A stretch of DNA of 64,000 nt from an uncultured Candidatus Rokubacteria bacterium (GTDB lineage: Bacteria; Methylomirabilota; Methylomirabilia; Rokubacteriales; CSP1-6), in contig CAWBMV010000001.1 in the NCBI GenBank assembly GCA_963789955.1, forward strand, positions 416,001 to 480,000, in the 5' to 3' direction. Positions within the stretch are counted from its first letter, which is position 1, and each line of letters opens with the position of its first letter. Below the pieces are notes generated by a model. It saw only the letters and a program-made list of their open reading frames with translations, was not told the origin of the DNA and made no database searches. The translations under genes and the position numbers were made by a program. Of this stretch, positions 20,297 to 29,254 are shown one piece after another.

Positions 20297-20325
20297 GGGG
20301 GAGCTTCGGTATCAGGGTCGTCGCG

Positions 20326-21006
20326 CTAGCCCTTCTTCAGGGCGTCGATGCGATCCCCCGTGGCCGGATGCGTGGCAAAGAAGCCGCCGCCGCTGGCGCC
20401 CTCGGTCTCGTTGAGCCACGTGAGCGTGTTGATCATGACGTCCCTGGAGAAGCCGGCCCGCTGAAGGATCTCGGTGCCGTGCTTGTCGGCCTCGTACTCT
20501 TCCTTGCGGCTGTACGAGCGCGAGATCAGCTCACCGGCGATCGGGGTGAGGTTGCCGCTGCCCGGGATGATCTGATCGAGCAGCACCATGCCGATCTGCA
20601 GCCCGGCGCCCAGCCGCTGCGCCTTGGCGACGTGGCCGAGATCGTCGTGAGCGAGCTCGTGGGCGAGCACGCCGCGCATCTGATCGTCGTTGGCCTTCTC
20701 CAGGAGCCCGGTCGTGACGTAGAACTCACCGTTGCCGGCGCTGGCCGCGTTGATGTGGGGATCGTCCATGATGCCGATCTTCACCTCGCTCGGCGAGCGC
20801 GGCTTGTTCATCTTCGCCATGAGCGGGATCATCACGCGCTGGAGCCGCTCGACCACGGCGGGATCCACCTTCTTCGAAGACGGCGCCTGCTTGCTCGCCG
20901 TCGGCTGCGGGGTCGGCTGGGGCTGCCGGCTATCGGTCTGACCCGACGACTGCACCGCGCACCCCGCGGCGAGCGTCGCGATCACGAGCATCTTGAGCAA
21001 TCGCAT
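20326..21006 (-). CDS. M48 family zinc metallopeptidase lipoprotein
   Basis: LAAGC lipobox, INAAS, HELAH, YSRKEEYEAD, THP motifs. Confidence 0.9.
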   Translation of the reverse strand: MRLLKMLVIATLAAGCAVQSSGQTDSRQPQPTPQPTASKQAPSSKKVDPAVVERLQRVMIPLMAKMNKPRSPSEVKIGIMDDPHINAASAGNGEFYVTTGLLEKANDDQMRGVLAHELAHDDLGHVAKAQRLGAGLQIGMVLLDQIIPGSGNLTPIAGELISRSYSRKEEYEADKHGTEILQRAGFSRDVMINTLTWLNETEGASGGGFFATHPATGDRIDALKKG

Positions 21007-21392
21007 GTTGGTCTCCTTCAGTTTGGGCGGGTAATGGCGCGCGCTCAGATCAGCTCGCGGATCCGTTCGCCGAGCACGGTGAGCGCGATGCCATGTGTCG
21101 TTCTCTCCCGCGCCCAATCGGTCTTCGGCGCTCTCGGCAATGCCTCTGCGCTCGATCCGCAAGTCACGTGCCGATCCGAGCACGCCGGCTGCCACGGGCG
21201 GAAAACGCAGAAAACACTGGCGCGAGGCGCACGCCGTCCGAGGCGTTCGGCGAATCGCGTGCGAAGCTCGAGGAACGATTTACATGGTAAGAACGCGCAT
21301 CGCCTGAAGTAACGCGCAGGTAAAAAGTCGCGCCCGAGCGCGTAGAAATGCGGATCGCTCGGGCTTTCGATCGTTTCGACGACGTGCACCGC

Positions 21393-21408
21393 TGGCATGT
21401 GCGTTGCT
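21393..21408 (+). promoter_or_regulatory. Sigma-54 promoter candidate
   Basis: TGGCATGTGCGTTGCT near consensus, upstream of the PRC-barrel operon. Confidence 0.7.
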
Positions 21409-21475
21409 CCTTCACTGGTCGACTCGAAACACAAAAGGAGAGGGCACCGGGACACGCGACGGCAAGGAGGACGAC

Positions 21476-22276
21476 ATGCTCAGGACCGCCGGCGAGCTCA
21501 AAGGCGTCACGATCGAGGCGATGGACGGTGATATCGGCAGCGTGCAGGATCTGTACTTCGACGATCAGACCTGGACGATTCGCTATCTCGTCGTCGACAC
21601 CGGAACGTGGCTCCCGGGCCGTCAGGTGCTGATCTCGCCGTTCGCCTTCCAGGTGGTTCCCGGCGCCTCGCGACTCCGGACGTCATTGACGAAGGACCAG
21701 ATCAAGAACAGCCCGTCGGTCGATACCGATCGCCCGGTCGATCGGCAGCGCGAGATCGCGTTCTCGCAGTATTACGGCTATCCGTACTACTGGGTCGGGC
21801 CGTATCGCTGGGGCGACCTGGCGTACCCGACGCTCCCGATCCCGACGGCGCCGCCGAGCGCGGTCGACGAGGAGATGCTGGCGCGGGAGCGTGAGAGCAC
21901 CGATCCCCATCTCCGGAGCGTCCGCGACGTGACCGGCTACTACATTCAGGCGACGGACGGTGACCTGGGCCACGTCGAGGACTTTCTGGTCGACGACGAG
22001 ACGTGGGCGATCCGGTACTGCATCGTCGACACGCGCAACTGGCTGCCGGGCCGCAAGGTGCTCGTCTCGCCGGAGTGGATCCAGCGCGTGAGCTGGGAGG
22101 ATTCGAAGGTGTACGTGGATCTGTCGAAGCGACACATCGAAGCCGCTCCCGAATTCGATCCGAGCATCCCGCTCATCCGCGAGCACGAAGAGCGGCTGTA
22201 CACGCATCTCGGCCGCGCGAAGTACTGGGAGCGCGAGCCGAAGGCACCAGAAGGAAAACCCAATGGCAAGACTTGA
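21476..22276 (+). CDS. Tandem PRC-barrel domain protein
   Basis: Two repeats of DGD(I/L)G-V-D...W-IRY--VDT--WLPGR-VL-SP; AAGGAGG RBS. Confidence 0.88.
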   Translation: MLRTAGELKGVTIEAMDGDIGSVQDLYFDDQTWTIRYLVVDTGTWLPGRQVLISPFAFQVVPGASRLRTSLTKDQIKNSPSVDTDRPVDRQREIAFSQYYGYPYYWVGPYRWGDLAYPTLPIPTAPPSAVDEEMLARERESTDPHLRSVRDVTGYYIQATDGDLGHVEDFLVDDETWAIRYCIVDTRNWLPGRKVLVSPEWIQRVSWEDSKVYVDLSKRHIEAAPEFDPSIPLIREHEERLYTHLGRAKYWEREPKAPEGKPNGKT

Positions 22277-22883
22277 GGTGGAGGAAATCGTGGCGCTCGA
22301 ACCGGACGAAGGGTTTCTGCCCTGGTACGTGTCGTGGAGCGGCGTGTTCGTCGGCGCGTTGTCGGCGCTCGCCCTGCTGCTGGTCTTCGGTCTCACCGCG
22401 ATCGCGGTCGGCGCGCACCAGATCGGTCAGCGCTTCGCGACCTGGCACGAGTTTCATCTGATCACGCTCGTGTTCAGCGTGTTCGGCTCGTTCCTGTCGT
22501 TCGTGCTCGGCGGCTGGGCCGCGGCGCGGGTCACCGGTACGCGACGGGCCGAGACCGCGATGCTCCACGGCGCGATCGCGTGGCTCGTGACGATCCCGGG
22601 GCTCCTGTTCTTCGCCGCGCTCGGCGCGGGCGGCTATCTCGGGGCCTGGTACGGCGGCCTCGCCGCGCCGCCCTCCTGGGCGCCTCAAGCGACGCCGATG
22701 GTCGAGAGCGCCGCGGCCGCGCTCGCCGCGCGAAACGCCGCGCTCGGCTCCTTGACGGCGCTGCTGCTGGGCCTCGTCGGCTCGGTCGTCGGAGGCTGGA
22801 TGGGCTCGGGTGAGCGCATGAGCCTCAACTATTCGAACAGACCGCACCCCGAGCATGGGCGTGCGTGGGGAGAGACGCGATGA
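22263..22883 (+). CDS. Integral membrane protein (about 4 TM), unknown function
   Basis: VSWSGVFVGAL N-terminal motif, hydrophobic segments; overlaps the upstream stop. Confidence 0.75.
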   Translation: MARLEVEEIVALEPDEGFLPWYVSWSGVFVGALSALALLLVFGLTAIAVGAHQIGQRFATWHEFHLITLVFSVFGSFLSFVLGGWAAARVTGTRRAETAMLHGAIAWLVTIPGLLFFAALGAGGYLGAWYGGLAAPPSWAPQATPMVESAAAALAARNAALGSLTALLLGLVGSVVGGWMGSGERMSLNYSNRPHPEHGRAWGETR

Positions 22884-22960
22884 TCTACATCTTGCTCTGG
22901 CTGCTGGGGGCGCCGCTGACCCTCATCCTGATCCTGTTCCTGCTCGGCGTCGGCCGCTAG
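22880..22960 (+). CDS. 26-aa single-TM small protein
   Basis: MIYILLWLLGAPLTLILILFLLGVGR; ATGA overlap with upstream stop, GGAG RBS, followed by a GC hairpin. Confidence 0.7.
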   Translation: MIYILLWLLGAPLTLILILFLLGVGR

Positions 22961-23077
22961 CTCCCGCGAGTCAACGACCGCCGGCCCGCGCGTCGCGAGT
23001 AGGTCTCGCGCGCCGGCCGGCGGTTTCGCTTCTGGGCCGCTTTACTCCGTGCGCCGCCTGAGCGAGGATGACTCACC

Positions 23078-23812
23078 ATGCTTGGCTGGCGCGCGCGAAT
23101 CGGCGTGCTCGTGCCGCCGGGGAACCCGACGGTCGAGCCCGAGCTCTACCGCATGACGCCCCACGGAGTCTCGCTCCATTTCGCCCGGCTCGATTCGTCT
23201 TCGTCGTCCAGCGCGCCCGGCGCGCACGGTGGGATGGAAGATCGCACGCAGGCCTACCTCGACTCGCTCCCGGCGGTCGCGCCGACGCTCGGGGCCGTGA
23301 GCCCCGCGGTCGTCGTGCTCGCGTTCACCGCGGCGAGCTATAGCCATGGATTTGCCCGCGAGCAGGTGCTGGCCGACCGCATCGCGTCGCTGACCGGCTC
23401 GCGCGCGCTCACCGCGGCCCAGGCGATCTTCGCCGCCCTGCAACATCTCGGCGTCAAGAAGCTCGCGCTCGGCACCCCGTATCCCGAGTCCATCAGCGCG
23501 CTCGGCCGAGCGTATTGGGAGGCGGCCGGGCTCAAGGTGGTCGGCTACGCGCGGCTCGCCGGCGTCGAGAACATCTACGACGAGAGCGAGGAGCGCGCCT
23601 ACCGCCTGGCGCGCCAGGCCGACGTGCCGGACGCCGATGCCGTGCTGCTGAGCGGGACGGGATTGCCGACGGTCGGCGTGCTGGAAGTGCTCGAGCGCGA
23701 TCTCGGCAAGCCGGTCATCTCGTCGAACCAGGCCTCGCTCTGGCGGGCACTCCGCATGGCCGGTGTGCGCGAGCCGGTCGCGGGGTTCGGCCGGCTGCTG
23801 ACGGCCGTCTAA
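23078..23812 (+). CDS. Maleate isomerase / arylmalonate decarboxylase (Asp/Glu racemase) family protein
   Basis: RIGVLVPPGNPTVEPE, GTPY, KPVISSNQA motifs. Confidence 0.85.
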   Translation: MLGWRARIGVLVPPGNPTVEPELYRMTPHGVSLHFARLDSSSSSSAPGAHGGMEDRTQAYLDSLPAVAPTLGAVSPAVVVLAFTAASYSHGFAREQVLADRIASLTGSRALTAAQAIFAALQHLGVKKLALGTPYPESISALGRAYWEAAGLKVVGYARLAGVENIYDESEERAYRLARQADVPDADAVLLSGTGLPTVGVLEVLERDLGKPVISSNQASLWRALRMAGVREPVAGFGRLLTAV

Positions 23813-23822
23813 CGCGGCCGCG

Positions 23823-24620
23823 CTACGTTCCGGGCGTGATCCGCCCGGCGAGCTCTTTGAGCTCACCGGCGTCGACGTCGGAGACGAGCGCGTAGCCGAG
23901 CTCGCCGCGCCGCCACACGATCACGTTGAAGCCGCGCTCGCTCGTCACGAACGCCTCCCGGCCACCGATTCGGATGAGGTCCCGCGCCGGCCAGACGAGT
24001 CCGTCGGCGCGGAAGACGAGCAGGGTGATCGGGTGCAGCCGCCGCGCGTAGACGAACACCGCCGCCTTTCGGTCACCGAAGTAGCCGACGCTGCCGCCCT
24101 TCAGGGGAAAGTCGGCGTCGCCTTCGAAGGTGACGACCGGGGCGAAATCCAGCCGCCCGCCGAACCACGGCTTCACCTGATGCAGGCCGCCGCTCTCGAC
24201 GTCGAGCGGGTGCTGGCTCGCCAGCAGGCGCAGATGATCGTTGACCGCCTCGGTCACCATCGCGGATTGCTCACGCGCCGCCCGCGATGCCGTGCGCTCG
24301 TAGTAGACGAGGGGCGCCGCCACGAGGATCACCGCGGCCGCCGCCAGCGCCGGCACGAGGGACGCCCGCGACCGGCTCCACCACGAGCGCTCGACCATCG
24401 GCTCCGACCACTGCGCGGCGAGCCGGCGCTTGAGGGCGAGCGAGGCGGGGTGCTGCGGCAGGCGGTGCTCGAGGAGCTGCGTCAGATCCCGCTCGACCGC
24501 GTCGGCGCGCGTGCAGTCGGGGCAGCCGTCGAGATGCGCGCGCACCGCGCTCTGCGCTTCGAGGCGCAGGCGGCCCTCCTGGTAGTCGAGCAACTGCAGC
24601 CGGACCTCGTCGCACTTCAT
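23823..24620 (-). CDS. Zinc-binding transmembrane anti-sigma factor
   Basis: C...HLDGCPDC (HxxxCxxC), one TM, HQVKPWF, YALVSD motifs. Confidence 0.88.
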   Translation of the reverse strand: MKCDEVRLQLLDYQEGRLRLEAQSAVRAHLDGCPDCTRADAVERDLTQLLEHRLPQHPASLALKRRLAAQWSEPMVERSWWSRSRASLVPALAAAAVILVAAPLVYYERTASRAAREQSAMVTEAVNDHLRLLASQHPLDVESGGLHQVKPWFGGRLDFAPVVTFEGDADFPLKGGSVGYFGDRKAAVFVYARRLHPITLLVFRADGLVWPARDLIRIGGREAFVTSERGFNVIVWRRGELGYALVSDVDAGELKELAGRITPGT

Positions 24621-24627
24621 CGATCGT

Positions 24628-25146
24628 TCACCGCGCGTAGTCCTTGAGCTTCTGGCGCAGGGCCGCCCGGGCGCGGGCAAGCCTCGACTTCACGGTGCCG
24701 ACCGCGCAGCCGACGACGTCGGCGACTTCCACTTCCGTCAGTCCCTCCAGATCCAGCAGGATCACCGTGCGCGATTCCTCCGAGAGCGTCATCAGCGCCG
24801 CCTCGATCTCGTCGGCGACCACCTTGCGCAGGCGATCGAGCTCCAGGTCGCCGAGAAGCCAGTCGGCCGGCGCCGTGCCCTCGACCGCCGTGACCACCGT
24901 GTCGAGCCCGCCCACCGTCGGATCGTTGCGCTGGCGGCGATACGAGCTCAAGAACGTGTTCCTCAAGATCCGGAACAGCCAGGCCTTCAAGTTCGTGCCC
25001 GGCGTGAACTGGTGCTCGGCCCGCAGCGCCCGGGCGTACGTCTCCTGCACGAGGTCCTCGGCGTCCGTTTCGTTGCCGGTCAGATAGCGCGCCAGGTTGT
25101 GCAGGGCGTCGACGTAGGCCAGCGCCTGGTTCGCCAGGGCACTCAC
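24628..25146 (-). CDS. ECF sigma-70 factor
   Basis: [29 protein letters not shown]; start uncertain (GTG 25146). Confidence 0.9.
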   Translation of the reverse strand: MSALANQALAYVDALHNLARYLTGNETDAEDLVQETYARALRAEHQFTPGTNLKAWLFRILRNTFLSSYRRQRNDPTVGGLDTVVTAVEGTAPADWLLGDLELDRLRKVVADEIEAALMTLSEESRTVILLDLEGLTEVEVADVVGCAVGTVKSRLARARAALRQKLKDYAR

Positions 25147-25211
25147 GCCGCCCGCTCCCCGTTGGCCACCCGCCCACAATAGCACCGGGATGAAACCCCT
25201 TCGTCTTCCGC

Positions 25212-25264
25212 AACGCGCGAGGCGACGAATCGTTCCCTGGGAACGATCGCACGAGAACGGCGTT
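25212..25264. promoter_or_regulatory. Back-to-back ECF-type promoters (GGAAC-N16-CGTT on both strands)
   Basis: Plus: GGAAC 25240-25244, CGTT 25261-25264. Minus: GGAAC 25236-25232, CGTT 25215-25212. Confidence 0.7.
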
Positions 25265-25295
25265 GGCAGAGGTGAGCACCGTAGAGGAGGTCACG

Positions 25296-25619
25296 ATGAA
25301 AATCCGGATCGCAGTGATGATCGGGCTCGTGCTGGCCGGGTCGATGGTGGCCGGTCACGCGCTCGCCGCGAGGTCGGCGGCGGTCGGCATCAAGGAGTTC
25401 AAGTTCGCGCCGACGGCGCTCGAGATCCGCACGGGAACGACCGTGACGTGGACCAACCGTGACGAGGAGACGCACACGATCACGTCCACGACCGGGGCAT
25501 TCGCCTCGGCCGGTCTCGGCAACGACGAGACGTTCGCGCAGACGTTCACCCGCCCCGGGACGTACGAGTACTTCTGCGCGCTCCACCCGAAAATGCGGGC
25601 GACGGTGATCGTGAAGTGA
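25296..25619 (+). CDS. Cupredoxin (amicyanin/plastocyanin-like)
   Basis: Signal peptide, WTNRDEETHT, YFCALHPKM type-1 copper ligands. Confidence 0.92.
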   Translation: MKIRIAVMIGLVLAGSMVAGHALAARSAAVGIKEFKFAPTALEIRTGTTVTWTNRDEETHTITSTTGAFASAGLGNDETFAQTFTRPGTYEYFCALHPKMRATVIVK

Positions 25620-25669
25620 CCCAACGGCGGATCGGACGCACACCCGCACAACTACCGACGGAGGCCCAC

Positions 25670-26593
25670 ATGGATCGGATCGATCGTCGCGGATTTCTCG
25701 AGTGCATGGCGTGGACGGGCTCGGCGCTCGTCTGGACCTCGACCGGCGGCGTGCTGTCCTCGCGCATGGTCAGGCCGGCCGAGGCCGCGGAGGACACGGC
25801 CGGCACCTTCAGCTTCGTGCAGATCAGCGACACGCACATCGGCTTCAAGGGCCAGGCGAACAGCGATTCGGCGGCCACCTTGCAACAGCTGCTCGATCGG
25901 ATCAACGCGCTACGGCCGGCGCCCGCGTTCGTCCTGCACACCGGCGACCAGACGCACGGGCAGAAGCCGGGCGCGTTCGACACGCTCGCGGAGATGCTCA
26001 AGGGCGTGAAGACCGAGCGCATCTTCTACGTGCCGGGCGAGCACGACGTGTTCCTCGACGGCGGCAAGGAATATCTCACGCGCTACGGCAAGGGCACGGT
26101 CGGTGAGCACGGCTGGCAGAGCTTCGACTACAAGGGCACGCACTTCGTCGGCCTCGTCAACGTGCTCAAGTACAAGGGCGAGGGGATGGGTGCGCTCGGC
26201 CAGGACCAGATCGAGTGGCTCGAGAAGGACCTGGCCCCGCTGGCGACCAGCACGCCGGTCGTCGTCTTCGCGCACGTCCCGCTCTGGGCGGTCTATCCGC
26301 AGTGGGGCTGGGTCACCGAGGATGCCGAGCGCGCGCTGACCTCCCTGAAGCGCTTCGGCTCCGTCACCGTGCTCAACGGCCACATCCACCAGGTGTTGAC
26401 GAAGGTCGAAGGCAGCGTGAAGTTCCACACGGCGATGTCGACCGCCTTCCCCCAGCCGGCCCCGGGCGCCGCGCCGGCCCCCGGGCCCATGAAGATCCCG
26501 GAGACGGATGCGCGGCGCATGATCGGCGTGACCGAGGTGACGCTCGTCCGCGGGGCAGAGCCCCTGGCGATCGTCGACTCGACCCTGGGCTGA
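25670..26593 (+). CDS. Tat-exported metallophosphoesterase
   Basis: DRRGFL twin-arginine motif, SDTH, TGD, PGEHD, GHIH motifs. Confidence 0.9.
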   Translation: MDRIDRRGFLECMAWTGSALVWTSTGGVLSSRMVRPAEAAEDTAGTFSFVQISDTHIGFKGQANSDSAATLQQLLDRINALRPAPAFVLHTGDQTHGQKPGAFDTLAEMLKGVKTERIFYVPGEHDVFLDGGKEYLTRYGKGTVGEHGWQSFDYKGTHFVGLVNVLKYKGEGMGALGQDQIEWLEKDLAPLATSTPVVVFAHVPLWAVYPQWGWVTEDAERALTSLKRFGSVTVLNGHIHQVLTKVEGSVKFHTAMSTAFPQPAPGAAPAPGPMKIPETDARRMIGVTEVTLVRGAEPLAIVDSTLG

Positions 26594-26612
26594 GCGACGC
26601 GCCGACGCTCGG

Positions 26613-27062
26613 CTAGGCCCGAAGCGCCGAGACGCGCAAGACGTCGATCTCGGCCGCGGACCGGCCCGCGAGCAGACGACGCGCGCGCTCGGTGATCCGC
26701 GCCACGGGGCTGCGCCGGTGCGGCAGCGGCATGACGACGAGATCGGCGTTGAAGCATTCCGCTTCCAGCGCGATCTCGTCGGCACGTTCGCCGAAGATCA
26801 CGGACGTCTCGACCGGCACACCGTCGAGATGGAGCGCCGCCAGTCGGCGCAGCTCCTCGGCGGTCGAGATCGCCAATCGCTCCATCCGCTGGTCGGTGGT
26901 GAGGAGGATCGAGTCGCGCGAGTCACGCAGCGGCTCGGGAATCGGAACCACCTCGAGCAGTCGGACGATGCCGCCGCTCTCGCCGGCGAGCATCCGCACG
27001 ACGCGCAGGGTGAACTCCATCGCTTTGGTTCGTTCGATCGGAACGAGAATTCGCTTCGCCAT
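26613..27062 (-). CDS. Universal stress protein
   Basis: KRILVPI, GERADEI, ADLVVM motifs. Confidence 0.8.
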   Translation of the reverse strand: MAKRILVPIERTKAMEFTLRVVRMLAGESGGIVRLLEVVPIPEPLRDSRDSILLTTDQRMERLAISTAEELRRLAALHLDGVPVETSVIFGERADEIALEAECFNADLVVMPLPHRRSPVARITERARRLLAGRSAAEIDVLRVSALRA

Positions 27063-27130
27063 CACTTCTCCATCGTGTCGAGACCAGCCGTCTGGCTGTC
27101 GTCGCGTTGATAAAGCCCGTCCCGGTGTCG

Positions 27131-27146
27131 TGCAGCGAATGTGCCA
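27131..27146 (-). promoter_or_regulatory. Sigma-54 promoter candidate
   Basis: Minus strand TGGCACATTCGCTGCA, ~70 bp upstream of the USP start. Confidence 0.65.
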
Positions 27147-27306
27147 ATCGAATCGTGGCGGGGTGCCGACGATTCTTCCGATGCGGCACGGACTTACAGA
27201 GCCCGTCGTCATGCGAGAACCCGCGCGTCTGCCACTGCGTCGCTCACTCAACCGGCAATCGGACCTTTTGACGCCTTCGTAAGCGGCGGTATCATGCGCT
27301 CCCGCT

Positions 27307-28126
27307 ATGTCGCGAGCCCGCTCCGCGCGCATGTTGACAGCTGTCGCACTTGTTTGCGGGTCGATGTCCTGTCTCGGGCCGATGCGGGCGTGCGCGCAAA
27401 GCGTCTCCCCGAGCCTGGCCGGTATCGAGCTGCTTCAGATTCTCGGCGACGGCGTCGTCGGTGGCCCGGAGTCGGCACCGCCCCTCAGAGATCCCGGGCG
27501 GCTCGCCCGCTGGGAAGCAGGCGAGTGGCGCTACCGGATCACCTCCGGCGCGCGCAGCGGTCAGACAGAGGTCGAGATCGTGGCATCGATCAGCAAGACC
27601 GCTCGCGGAGAGACCTGGAAGCGAACGATCGGGCAGGAGTCGACGTTGTTCATTCGCGAGGTGAGCGGCGGCGGTCTCGTGCTGCCGAGCCAGATCACGC
27701 ATGCCTATCAGGCGCTCGTGTACTTCGAGCCGCCGCTGAGCTATCTGATCGCGGGGCTCGGGCCGGGTGAGTCGCGGACGTTCGACGGCCGGATGGACGT
27801 CTACAGCGTCAACAACCCGGCGATCAAGTGGTACACCGGCCGAATTCGCGCGACGACCGAGTACACCGGGGTCTACCGGGTCACGACGCCGGCCGGCACG
27901 TTCCGCGCGGCGCTGATCAAGTCCGAATACCAGATCGACATCTTCGCGGTGGTCTCGGTCAAGGACACCCTCTACACCTTCTACGCCGAGGGCATCGGCA
28001 AGGTCGCGGAGGCCGAGCACCGGCGCATCGCGGCCATGGGCTCTGTTCAACTCGGACACGAAGATCGGCAAGGTCCTCGTGTCGTACACTTCGATCAGCG
28101 TCCCGACCAGGGTCGAAGCGCCGTAA
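27307..28126 (+). CDS. Exported beta-rich hypothetical protein; apparent frameshift near 28040
   Basis: Signal-like N-terminus; VTTPAGTF...YAEGIGKVAE motif; alternative frame continues LFNSDTKIGKVLVSY...EAP to TAA 28126. Confidence 0.65.
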
Positions 28127-28145
28127 GCGGTCGACGGAGGGCTCG

Positions 28146-29201
28146 ATGGAATTCGGGCTGTTCTTCCTGATGCAGCGCGACGAGGCGTGGAGCGAGCAGA
28201 GCGTGTACGAGTCCGGCCTCGCGCAGATGCTGGCCGCCGAATCCCTCGGCTATTCCTCCGTGTGGATCGCCGAGCATCACTTCAACGACTACGGGCTCTG
28301 CCCGGCCCCTCAAGTGCTCGCGTCGTATGTCGCCGCCCGCACGACCAGGTTGCGACTCGGCATGGGCGTGAGCCTCTTGCCGTTGCACCACCCGGTGGAC
28401 CTCGCGGAGGAGCTGGCGGTGCTCGACGTGGTGAGCGGCGGACGGCTCGATATCGGCATCGGGCGCGGCGGCACGTTGCAGGACTACCAGACGTTTCAGT
28501 CCGATCGTGCCGACAGTCGCGAGCGCGTCGAAGAGGGGATCGCGCTCATGCGTCAGGCGTGGAGCGGCGCGCCGTTCGACTTCAAGGGCCGCTTCCACTC
28601 CGCGGAGCGGCTGCACGTGCGCCCGGCCACCACGCAGCGCCCGCATCCGCCGCTCTACATCGCCGCCAACAGCGAGGACAGCGTGCTCTCGGCGGCGCGC
28701 CTCGGCCTGCCCGCGCTCTCGTCGTTCTTCGTGCCGGTCCCGGAGCTCCAGCGGCGCCACACGCTCTATCGCGAGACGGCGCTCGCCGCCGGTCGCACGG
28801 AGCCTGAGATCGCCGCGCTCGAGCGTCGGGGATGGGGCATGCGCGTCGTGTACGTCGCGCATGGGCACGACGAGGCGCTGCAAGCGACCGAGGCGCCGTT
28901 CATGAGCTATCAGCGCCGGATGTCGGCCCTGCGGTCGGACGCCGCCGGCGGCTCGGTACCGAGCTCGTTCGATCGCTCGCTGCTGCGCCTGCGCGCCTTT
29001 CAGGACTACCTGGCCGACGGCTGGGCGCTCATCGGCACGCCGGACGAGGTGCGAGACGGTCTGAATCGCTACCTCGACGCCACCGGATACGAGCGCGTCC
29101 TGCTCCTGATGGCGCTGCCGGGGCTCTCGACCGATCTCGCGTTGCGGTCGATGCGGCTCTTCGCCGACGAGGTCGCGCCCAAGCTCGCACGTCGCCGCTG
29201 A
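28146..29201 (+). CDS. LLM-class flavin-dependent oxidoreductase
   Basis: MEFGLFF, WIAEHHF, HPVDLAEE, GIGRG motifs; GGAGG RBS. Confidence 0.92.
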   Translation: MEFGLFFLMQRDEAWSEQSVYESGLAQMLAAESLGYSSVWIAEHHFNDYGLCPAPQVLASYVAARTTRLRLGMGVSLLPLHHPVDLAEELAVLDVVSGGRLDIGIGRGGTLQDYQTFQSDRADSRERVEEGIALMRQAWSGAPFDFKGRFHSAERLHVRPATTQRPHPPLYIAANSEDSVLSAARLGLPALSSFFVPVPELQRRHTLYRETALAAGRTEPEIAALERRGWGMRVVYVAHGHDEALQATEAPFMSYQRRMSALRSDAAGGSVPSSFDRSLLRLRAFQDYLADGWALIGTPDEVRDGLNRYLDATGYERVLLLMALPGLSTDLALRSMRLFADEVAPKLARRR

Positions 29202-29254
29202 GCACGCTTGACTGCGGGTCCGCGCCGAGACACGATATCGCCGGGGAGAGAGCC

